The notes under the pieces are model-generated. The model did not search any database. It was not told the DNA's origin and was given only the letters and a program-made list of their open reading frames with translations. DNA of 64,000 nt, from positions 244,761 through 308,760 of the forward strand of contig CAVYIM010000004.1 in the NCBI GenBank assembly GCA_963768655.1, written 5' to 3'. Of the stretch, positions 55,795 through 64,000 are shown piece by piece. Origin of the DNA: an uncultured Chloroflexia bacterium (GTDB lineage: Bacteria; Chloroflexota; Limnocylindria; Limnocylindrales; CSP1-4). The position numbers and the translations under genes are program-made. Numbering within the stretch: the first letter of the stretch is position 1; each line of letters begins with the position of its first letter.

Positions 55795-57599
55795 GTGCGC
55801 AGTTCTCCAGTCCCGCGGACGGTCTTGGTGATGCCCAGGGTGAACATCGGCGAGAACGCCATGCCCTCGCGCAGGTAGCCTGCCGCATCGGGCGAGTCCG
55901 AGCGCATCGAGAGCCGGGTATCCAGCTGGGGCACCAGGGCCTCGGCGGAGATCACACCTGCGACGGTCGCCTCGCGGCACCGATAGGCATAGTCGATCGA
56001 TGCGGAGCCGGACTGCCCCTGCAGGCCGAGGCGCACGCCGGTGAGATCCTCGGGATACTCGGTCGTGCCGTAGCAGGCGGTGACGTACTCGTCGAGCTCG
56101 ACCTCGGCATCAGGGTCGCTCGAACGCACGATCCGGCGCACGATCTCGATCTCGCCGCTGCCCTCGACCAGGCGGAAGATCGAGACCACGCCGATGCTGA
56201 AGCGCTCGAACTCGATGTCCACCGGATCGAGAGTCAGGACGCGGGTGTCGCCCGCCTCGGAGAAGGAGGCGTGGGTGCGGCAGGCGCACAGGTCGACCTC
56301 CTCGCCGCCATGGCGGAAGCGGGCGCTCTTGATGGCGCCCTCGCCGGCGTAGTGGGTGAAGTAGCCGGCCCGGTAGAGCGACTGGACCAGGAAGGGGTAG
56401 GAAGCGTCCGCGATGTGGGCCGTACCCACGCCGCAGGGCCGCACGAGCTTGGCCGCGTAGGGCCGCAGGTCGATCAACGCGCCGCCCTGGTTCATGTCCA
56501 GGCAGAACCGCATCGCCGGATCGGCGAACCAGAACTGCTGGCGCTCCGAGCCATACAGGATGTCGCGCCAGAGCGTGCATTCGGGCCGGCTGTACGGACG
56601 ACCCGCCCGGTAGGCGTCGGCGAACTCGCTCAGCGTGAGATCGAGCGCCTGGCCTTCGGCCTTGAGCCGGCCGTAGTAGGCCATGCCGTCTTGGTAGCTC
56701 TTGCGCAGGAAGTCGTAGTCGGCCTCCCAGCGGCCGCCCTTGCTCATCCAGCCCGGGCCCACGAACATCATGTTGTAGGCGTAGCCGCGGTTGTAGGCCG
56801 CCATGGCCCGGTACTGATCCACTAGGTTGGCGAAGTAGGGGATCTCGCGGTCCTCGTAGACCATGCCCCGCAGGATGTTCTGGGGGTGGGTGCCGTAGTA
56901 GGAACCCGGGCCGTCGAACACGGCCATGAGGTCGCGCGAGAGGTGCGGGACGGCGACGATGCCGATGTCGTCGGACTCGTCCGAGGCGGGGCAGTGGATG
57001 TTGCGCCGCGAGGGTATCCAGGGGTTCCAGGGGCCGCCGTCTAGAAGGGTGTACCAGGAGTTGTTGGCGTTGTGGTAGGCCTTGGGCCCCTCTTCCCAGC
57101 ACGTGGCCACCGCGGCCTTGACCGCCGGATAGCGCTCTTTGATGTAGTTGACCAGCTCCGCGTCCATGTAGTAGGAGCCGGTCGAGGTCGGGGCGAAGCC
57201 GAAGACCGCCTCGAACCTGCCGAAGACCTCGTCGACGATGGCGCGCTTGTCCGCCATCGAGAAGAGCCAGATGGCGAGCTCTCTTGAGTGGAACTTCTCG
57301 CGGAACTGGGCGCACTGCAGGCCCAGGAACGTCAGGCCGATCTCGTCGCCGTACTGCTCGTGGTCCGCCCTGGCCATGGCCACGGCCGCCTCGTTGAAGA
57401 GGCTCGCGTAGGTCATCTGGATCGTCGTTCGGATGCCGTTTTGGTGGGCGATGCGCTGCTGCGTGCGGAAGATGTCCAGCGACTCGCGGATGACGGCGCT
57501 GCGCGCGAGATCCTCGGCCTTGCCCTCCTGCGCCTCGCGCTGGAGGTACTCGGGCACCATCTCGGGCCGGTGGATCACGGTCAGGTAGAAGGTCGTCAT
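55767..57599 (-). CDS. Hypothetical protein (610 aa), possibly a carbohydrate-active enzyme
   Basis: No confident family. Aromatic-rich composition, adjacent to the GH2/GH42 genes. Start at the internal ATG at 57599 (MTTFYLTV). Confidence 0.3.
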   Translation of the reverse strand: MTTFYLTVIHRPEMVPEYLQREAQEGKAEDLARSAVIRESLDIFRTQQRIAHQNGIRTTIQMTYASLFNEAAVAMARADHEQYGDEIGLTFLGLQCAQFREKFHSRELAIWLFSMADKRAIVDEVFGRFEAVFGFAPTSTGSYYMDAELVNYIKERYPAVKAAVATCWEEGPKAYHNANNSWYTLLDGGPWNPWIPSRRNIHCPASDESDDIGIVAVPHLSRDLMAVFDGPGSYYGTHPQNILRGMVYEDREIPYFANLVDQYRAMAAYNRGYAYNMMFVGPGWMSKGGRWEADYDFLRKSYQDGMAYYGRLKAEGQALDLTLSEFADAYRAGRPYSRPECTLWRDILYGSERQQFWFADPAMRFCLDMNQGGALIDLRPYAAKLVRPCGVGTAHIADASYPFLVQSLYRAGYFTHYAGEGAIKSARFRHGGEEVDLCACRTHASFSEAGDTRVLTLDPVDIEFERFSIGVVSIFRLVEGSGEIEIVRRIVRSSDPDAEVELDEYVTACYGTTEYPEDLTGVRLGLQGQSGSASIDYAYRCREATVAGVISAEALVPQLDTRLSMRSDSPDAAGYLREGMAFSPMFTLGITKTVRGTGELRTWLKVEKAS

Positions 57600-57645
57600 C
57601 GAAGTCCTGTGTGCGTGAGTCGGTGATGCGAAGAAACCGGGAGTG

Positions 57646-60600
57646 TCAGGGAAGAGTGGTCGCCGATGGCTGACCGGGGGAGCTGAACTGGACCGTGTAC
57701 GTGCGTGTCGCGGACCCATCCTCGGAGGTGACGATGATACTGGCAGAGCCTGGCACGGCAGTGGGCGGGATCACGATGACGCTGCCGTTCGCGGCCGGAA
57801 CCGCGCTGATCTGTGGGATGTCTGGGCCGGCCGTGGTCCCGTAGTCGAGCGTGGCCTGATCGAAGCCGGCGATGGGGGAGCCGTCAACCTCCAGGCTCGT
57901 CAACGCCGCCACCGAGTGGTAGGTCACGGGGCTGCCCACGACCTCCAGCTCGGCGATCTGGAAGAAGCCCCGGTCGGTTCCTGGCGCCGGGCTCGTCATG
58001 TCGAGTCAAATCGCGCTCGCCGACTCCGGGTCGAACGAGATGGTCGTCGGCTTGCCTGCGGATCCGTAGACGACCCTGGCGTGCGTGGCCGGAATCCAGC
58101 TGGTTCCGTCCCAGGAGCTGACATCGATCTGCGAAGGCAGGACATGCGACTGGTCGGTCACGAAGTACGCCAGCACGCTGTCGAACGTCTGCGGATTCGG
58201 CCAGGAGACCGAGACCCAGTCGCTCGCGTCCGCGTTGCTTACGGCAGGCAGCTCGGCCGTCGCGTCCTTGATGTAGTAGTTCGACCAACCGCCTCCGGCC
58301 ACATTGCCGTCGAGCATTCCGGCCGGCAGGGTGTCCGGCGCGCCCGAGAAGCTCGCATCCGCGAACGGCGCCAGGGGTCCGCTCGCAAGTGCGAGGTTCT
58401 GCCTGGGGCCGGATGGATCGGCGACCCTGACACTCGCCACGGCCTGCAGCGTCGTGCCGGGGACCGCACCGGTGACTGTGATCAGCCCGATCTTCGAGTA
58501 GCTCGCTGGATCGACGACGGCCCACGTGACCGGCACGCGGGCGTCAACGCCGTCGCTGTAGACGGCGCGAACGGTCTCGGGCAGGCGCGGCACCACGCCT
58601 GTGGCAACGACCGTCGAGTATGTCTCGAGGCCCGCGACCGAGTAGACCGTCACGTCCACCTCCGCCGAAAGGGTCGTCCCGGCCACGGAGCCGCTGACGC
58701 GGTAGATGCCGGGCACCGTGCCCGCCTGCGCGGGCAGATCGCTCCACTTGACCGCCACCTCCGCTTGAGTGCCGTCGGCGTGGACGGCCTCGACCGTCGC
58801 CGGTAGCGCGACGGGCGCACCCAGCGGGCTGCGCACTTGTTCGGGCGCCAGGGCCACCAGCCCGCTGCCGGTGGCGTCCGAGGCGAAGACCGTTGTCGTC
58901 GCCGGTAGCAATCCATCGGACCGGGCCGTGATCGTGATCGGCCCGGGGGCAGTCGTAGAGCCCACGATCGCCACCAGCTTGCCGTTGTAGGCCTTGTGAG
59001 AGGGAGCCTTGTAGCCCTCGGCGTCATCCTGGCGGCCGTTGTCGGCGCCGTCGAAGATTCCACCGCCGACGGCCAGGCTGACCAGGTTGTCGGCGGACGG
59101 CACGACCACGCCCGCCGAGTCCACGACGTCGACCTCGACGTAGGAGAGGGATTTGCCGTCGTCGGGGAGGACGACCCGATCCGGCGTGAGCCGGAGCGCC
59201 GCCGGCGCGCCCGCCGTCGAGATTTCGTCCTGTGCCACCACCACCCCGTTCTTGCGGGCGATGGCAACGAGCACTCCGGGCGAGTACGGCACGTCCCACG
59301 TCAGATGCAGCTTGCCGGAGCTGCCGTTCGGGCTCGTGTAGCTGCCGCCGGGGTAGTTCTTGTCATCCAGGGACGGCTCCGTCGTCTCCAGGTACGGCCG
59401 CCCGTCGACGGTCGTCTTCTGGTCGAACGACCTGGTGCCCAGAGACTTGCCGTTCAGCGTGAGCTCCACGCTGTCCACATTGGTGTAGACCCAGACCTGG
59501 ACGATCTGGCCGGGCTGGTAGTCGGTCCAGTCCATCGGGACCAGATGAACCATGGGCGCGGTGGTCCACTGGCTCTGGAACAAGTAGTACTCGTCCTTCG
59601 GAAAGCCCGCGGTGTCGACGGCCCCGAAGAACGACGACTTGACGGGGAAGACGGCATAAGGGGTCGGCTCGCCGATGTAGTCGAAGCCGGACCAGAGGAA
59701 CTGCCCAAGGTCGAACGGGCGGTCTCGATCGTCCTTCAGGGCGTATTCGGCGCTGGTCGTCCAGGACGCCAGGCTGTTGTCGTACGAGGAAGTCGCCATC
59801 TTGCCCGGGGTGTAGTTCTCTCCCGTGTTGAGTGCCTGCGGATACTGGTAGACGCCCCGCGAGGATTCCTCGGACGAGGATTTCGGACTGGAAGAAGAAC
59901 TTGGTCGGATACTGGGCGTGGAGGGCGTCGAGCCCCTGCGCCGACTCGTAGTTGACGCCGAGCCCGTCGAGCTCCCCGAGAATCTCGTCGGCACCCGACC
60001 CCTTCGCCGGGAGCGAGCGGTACTGGTCCGAGGCGGCGACGACCGGACGAGTGGTATCGAGACCGCGGATGTCGTCGATGAGCCGCTGAGCCGTCTGGAG
60101 GTTCGATGGGTCGGTGAAGCCGGGGATCTCGTTCCCTATGGACCACATGATCACCGACGGCGAATTGCGGGCCTCGAGGACCATTTCCTCGATGTCGGAG
60201 TCGCTCCAGTTCTTGAAGTAGACGCTGTAGTCGTGGGTGAGCTTGGGCTGTGACCAGGTGTCGAAGGCCTCATCCGTCACCAGGATCCCCAGCCGGTCGC
60301 AGATCGCCAGCATCTCCGGCGAGGGCGGGTTGTGGGACGTGCGCAGGGCGTTCACGCCCATCTGCTTGAGGAGAGTCATCTGCCGGACCAGGGCGTCCGA
60401 ATTGTCGACGGACCCCAGCGCGCCCTCGTCGTTGTGGAGATCGACTCCCTGGAGCTTCATCGGCACCCCGTTGAGGTAGAACCCGGTGTTCGAGTCGAAC
60501 CGCAGCCAGCGGATGCCGAAAAGAGTGCTGTACGTGTCGACCGTAACGCCGTCGCGGACGAGGTCGGCCTCCAGCGTGTAGAGGTATGGATCCGCGGTGG

Positions 60601-61519
60601 ACCACAGATGAGGTTGGGTAACCCTGACGTCGAGGGCGGTCTCACTGGCCTGCGTGCCGAGCTGCACGGAACCCGACGTCGATTGCGCGACGGTCGCCCC
60701 CGAAGCGTCGAGGATCCGGGTTGTTACCCTGACGATCGCGTTCGAGCCGCTGTCGTCGACGACGTCCACGGTGGCGTGCACCGTGGCGTAGCCGAATTCG
60801 TACTCGGTTGCCACCGCCGGCGTGGTCACGAAGACTCCGTCGCGGGCGACGTGGACCGGGTCCGTGACGGTGAGCCAGACGTTGCGCGTGATGCCGCTAC
60901 CCGAATACCAGCGACTGTTGGGCTCCAGGTTCTGAACCACGACGGCGAGAACGTTGGGAGTTACGCCGTCAGTGTGGACGACCTTGCTGATATCCAGGCT
61001 GAAGCCCGTATAGCCGTAGGCGTGATTGCCGATGCGCTGGCCGTTCAGGTACAGCCACGAGTCCATGTAGATCCCGTCGAAGTCCAGGCTGATCGACTTG
61101 CCCGTCATCGACGCGGGCAGGGTGAACGTCTTCCGGTACCAGCCCAGACCGCCAGGGAAGTAGCCCGTCGCGTTGCTGACCCCGGTCGGCTGCGGCAGCA
61201 GCTCGATACTCCAGTCGTACGGGAGAGTGACCGACTGCCACGACGCGTCGTCGAAGCCGACCGCCGAGGCGAGAGGGTCCGAGGCGTTGCCGAACGTCCC
61301 CGTTGGATCGGTCGTGTCCCTGGTATTGACCAGGACGAACTTCCAGCCGGCGTCGAAGTCGATGCGGCGCGCGCCGCCGTACGCGACTGCGTTGGAGGGC
61401 GTCGCGCTTGCCACCGGCTGGGGGGCCGCCCTCAACGCGAGTTGAGCGACGACAAGAGCCAGGACGGCACAAGCCGCCAGCACGACGGCAGCGAGCCTCC
61501 GGGAACGCACTCGGCGCAT
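57646..61519 (-). pseudogene. Secreted glycoside hydrolase family 2 (beta-galactosidase/beta-glucuronidase-like) with C-terminal discoidin (F5/8 type C) and Ig-like domains. It is disrupted by a frameshift near 59890 and an in-frame TGA at 58006-58008.
   Basis: Signal peptide, then GH2 sugar-binding and TIM-barrel motifs (LPYDW, NALRTSHNPP, WSIGNEI). KFFFQSE continues as SSSEESSRGVYQ in another frame (extra a in gaaatcc). The discoidin domain ...SFDPESASAI*LDMTSPAPGTDRGFFQIAELEVVG is interrupted by TGA. Confidence 0.6.
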
Positions 61520-61525
61520 GTCTGC

Positions 61526-63559
61526 CTAACCCACTCGAACAATCGCCACGTCGACCGGGGCGACCCGTAAGGACTGTTGGACCGTCTGCCCCGAGATCAA
61601 CTCGAGGCCCGGCTCTTCGAGCGGAACGTCAATGGCCTCGTTCGAGTGGTTGAGGATGAACACCCACGACCGGGGGCCGTCAGAGCGGCGCACGATCTCG
61701 GCCGTCGAGGACGACCCCGGCGTTGGAGTCACGCCGGCCGCTTCGCAGGCCTGGCCGACGACCCAGGCGAGGCCCGCCTCTTCCGGCCAGGTTCCCATGT
61801 AGATGGCCGTGCCGCTCCCATAGCGATGGAGCGTCACGGCCGGCAGACCTTTGTAGAAGTCCGCCTCGAAGGCCGCGATCGCCTCGGCGCCCTCCAGGCG
61901 CACGACGTCCGCCCAGTCGCGGCACTCGAGGCTGCGCCCGTCCGCCGTTCGCATGCTGTTGGTCATGCTGCCCGCGAACGGCGCGGATTCCTCGATCTGC
62001 AGGCCGAGAAGGTCTCTGAACGGCGCCGCACCCAGCCGCATATGGACGTTCGCGTCGACCAGGCCGCTGAAGAAGGACATCAGCACGATGCCACCGCCGG
62101 CCGCGTAGCGGCGAAGGTTGTCGGCGCCGGCATCGTCCACGAGATAGAGGTGCGGGGCCACGACCAGCGAATAGCCCGAGAGATCCGCCCCGGGCTCCGC
62201 GAAATCGACGGTCACGCCAGAGCGGAACAGGGCCGCGTACAGCTCGCGGACGTGGGCCAGGAGACGGATCGAGGCGCTCGGCTTGCCGTCCGTCTCCAGG
62301 GCCCACCAGTTCGTCCAATCGAACAGAATCGCGACCTTCGCTCGGGCGCGACTGCCACGCAATTCCGACAGGCGCTTCAGCTCCGAGCCCAGCGCCACCG
62401 CCTCGCGCCACTGGCGGTTGTCGGTCCCGTTGTGAGACACGAGACCGATCATGTGCATCTCGGCCCCCGCAGGCGCGGCGCGCCACTGGAAGAACATTAC
62501 TCCGTTTGCGCCGCGCGCAACCGCCTGGAAGGACCCGAGCCGCATGACGCCAGGCCGTTTCGTGGAATTCCTGTCGCGCCACGTCGCGTACGCCGCCGCC
62601 TGCTCCATGAGCACCCACGGGCGCCCTCCTCCGAGCGAGCGCGCCAGGTCGCAGACCATCGCTGCCTCGACCATCCATTCCGGATCGCTGGTCTCCGGGT
62701 AGGCGTCGTTGGCGACGACATCCTCGTGGGCTGCCAGTGCCCAGTAGTCGATGGGCATGTAGAAACCCATCAAGTTGGTCGTGACCGGCACGGCCGGCGT
62801 GACTTCCTCGAGGATCGCCTTCTGGTCGAGGAAACAGTCGATCCAAGAGTCGGACGAGAAGCGGCGCCAGTCGAGCTGATGGCCCGGATTGGCGAACGCC
62901 GGGAGGGGGCGCGGAGGTTCGATGTCCTCCCAGTCGGTGTATCGCTGGCTCCAGACGGACGTCCCCCAGGCCTCGTTCAGCGCGTCCAGGATGCGGTAGC
63001 GACGCTTCAGCCAGGCTCGGAATGCGGCCCTCGACTGATCGCAAAAGCATTCCGTGACGTGACAGGCGTACTCGTTGTCGACGTGCCAGAGGGCCAGCGC
63101 CGGGTGGTCGCGGTAATGCTCTGCAAGTGCCCGCGCCACCTTCTTCGCGGCCTCGCGGTACGCCGGCGCATGTGGACAGTAATGACGCCGCGATCCGGCC
63201 CGCAGCGTCACTCCCTCGGCGGTCACCGGCAGGGTTTCAGGGTGGAGCCTGCCCAGCCACGGCGGCGGCGCCGCAGTCGGCGTGGCGAGGTTCACCGACA
63301 CGCCACCGGCGTGCAGGAGATCGAAGGCGCGGTCCAGCCACGCGAAGTCGAACCGGCCGGGCTCGGGCTCCAGCTTCGACCAGCCAAAGACACCGAGCGA
63401 CACGAGGTTGACGCTCGCCTCCTGCATCAAGCGAACGTCTTCCGCCCAGACCTCCTCCGGCCACTGGTCCGGGTTGTAGTCCCCGCCGTAGAGCAGCCCA
63501 CCCGGGCCAGGAGCTGCATTCTCACCGCGCGAGGGCGCGGCGTTCATGTTGGTGGGCAT
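61526..63559 (-). CDS. Glycoside hydrolase family 42 beta-galactosidase
   Basis: LLYGGDYNPDQWPEEVW, HVDNEY (catalytic acid/base region), GH42 trimerisation and C-terminal domains. Confidence 0.85.
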   Translation of the reverse strand: MPTNMNAAPSRGENAAPGPGGLLYGGDYNPDQWPEEVWAEDVRLMQEASVNLVSLGVFGWSKLEPEPGRFDFAWLDRAFDLLHAGGVSVNLATPTAAPPPWLGRLHPETLPVTAEGVTLRAGSRRHYCPHAPAYREAAKKVARALAEHYRDHPALALWHVDNEYACHVTECFCDQSRAAFRAWLKRRYRILDALNEAWGTSVWSQRYTDWEDIEPPRPLPAFANPGHQLDWRRFSSDSWIDCFLDQKAILEEVTPAVPVTTNLMGFYMPIDYWALAAHEDVVANDAYPETSDPEWMVEAAMVCDLARSLGGGRPWVLMEQAAAYATWRDRNSTKRPGVMRLGSFQAVARGANGVMFFQWRAAPAGAEMHMIGLVSHNGTDNRQWREAVALGSELKRLSELRGSRARAKVAILFDWTNWWALETDGKPSASIRLLAHVRELYAALFRSGVTVDFAEPGADLSGYSLVVAPHLYLVDDAGADNLRRYAAGGGIVLMSFFSGLVDANVHMRLGAAPFRDLLGLQIEESAPFAGSMTNSMRTADGRSLECRDWADVVRLEGAEAIAAFEADFYKGLPAVTLHRYGSGTAIYMGTWPEEAGLAWVVGQACEAAGVTPTPGSSSTAEIVRRSDGPRSWVFILNHSNEAIDVPLEEPGLELISGQTVQQSLRVAPVDVAIVRVG

Positions 63560-63649
63560 ACGGAGATCTCCAGTTGAATGCCTGTTTCGGTCGCGGTTGC
63601 GGCTCCGCGGGTTGCGGCTCGGCGGTCCGTCGGTGTCTCGGCGCCCGGC

Positions 63650-64000
63650 TCACGCTTCTGTGTCGTTTTCGGCCGACGCCCTGTCTCGATCGGAGATGCC
63701 AACGGCCCGCAGGGCGGCCAGGAAGTCCTGGTATCGCAGGGGATGGAAGGCGCACAGGTCGGCTCCGAGAGCATGAGCGCGAATCTCGTCGCCGGCGAAC
63801 GAGCAGACGATGACGGGCATGTCCACGCCCCGCTCCCGAGGCCTCACGGCCTCCAGCCGCTCTATCGACGGCAGCCAGAGCGCGGCAGACCCTGCCGGAG
63901 GAGCAGGCGGGGTCTGCCACGGCCCGTGGACTTCACAGAAGAGGAAACCACTCTGCCCGGCGTACCGTTCCAGCAGGTAGCTGAGGGCCCTGTCGCCGTC
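63650..64000 (-). CDS. Partial CDS, 3' end only (hypothetical protein; runs off the window edge)
   Basis: The open frame continues past position 64000 on the minus strand. No family assignment. Confidence 0.3.
   Translation of the reverse strand, partial: DGDRALSYLLERYAGQSGFLFCEVHGPWQTPPAPPAGSAALWLPSIERLEAVRPRERGVDMPVIVCSFAGDEIRAHALGADLCAFHPLRYQDFLAALRAVGISDRDRASAENDTEA

Noticed and set aside
58006-58008. In-frame TGA in the GH2 gene as selenocysteine or another recoding event
   Set aside because: There is no SECIS-like context, nothing implies selenoprotein machinery, and the stop sits in a non-catalytic discoidin domain of a gene that also carries a frameshift. A nonsense mutation or sequencing error is far more likely.

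Overview
This is a high-GC (about 70%) bacterial chromosomal segment. The codon usage and gene content (CoxLMS-type molybdoenzyme, F420/LLM oxidoreductase, AbiE modules) suggest an actinobacterial or Chloroflexi-like organism. No database searches were possible, so every product call rests on motifs recognised by eye. Many long ORFs in the supplied track are antisense artefacts of the high GC content and were ignored.

Main contents:

- **Genomic island (about 16-9646).** A ~9.6 kb island sits at the 3' end of tRNA-Gly(CCC). It is bounded by imperfect ~88-bp direct repeats and carries a tyrosine integrase. It also holds a HigB/HigA-like TA pair, an AbiEi/AbiEii pair, and a second HTH/AbiEii-like NTase pair adjacent to a 346-aa protein with an Rx4HG (HEPN-like) motif. 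The remaining genes are a proteasome-beta/HslV-like Ntn-hydrolase protein with an N-terminal Thr and a 754-aa hypothetical with a PD-(D/E)xK-like motif. This is the most likely place for an undescribed defence system.
- **Sugar-phosphate and Moco genes.** Downstream are a HAD phosphatase, an FGGY kinase, a SAM methyltransferase and a 1142-aa glycosidase-like protein. A large molybdenum cofactor biosynthesis and molybdate transport cluster follows (moeA, mogA/moaB, modE-like, modA, modB, Mop, MOSC, moaC, moaA). A membrane-anchored sulfite-oxidase-family Mo enzyme lies upstream of it.
- **Cox operon.** XdhC and a MocA-like gene lie beside a long minus-strand operon: HprK-like P-loop protein, CoxM, CoxS, CoxL, cyclase, Zn-ADH and cupin. 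This looks like an MCD-type molybdoenzyme catabolic pathway under an FCD-type GntR regulator.
- **Second catabolic cluster.** It contains a split PEP-synthase-like pair, transaldolase, MmsA, SDR, MBL hydrolase, cupin, split transketolase, a UPF0261/TIM-barrel pair, a ComB-like phosphatase and an LLM oxidoreductase.
- **Glycoside hydrolases.** A secreted GH2 and a GH42 beta-galactosidase, plus an adjacent hypothetical that may be carbohydrate-active.

Several genes between about 29.6 and 59.9 kb carry apparent frameshifts or an in-frame stop: the GntR regulator, the PEP-utilising enzyme, MmsA, and GH2 (a frameshift plus a TGA inside a discoidin domain). The PTP-like gene has no canonical start codon. 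These are either real pseudogenes or assembly indels. I found no CRISPR arrays and no rRNA genes.
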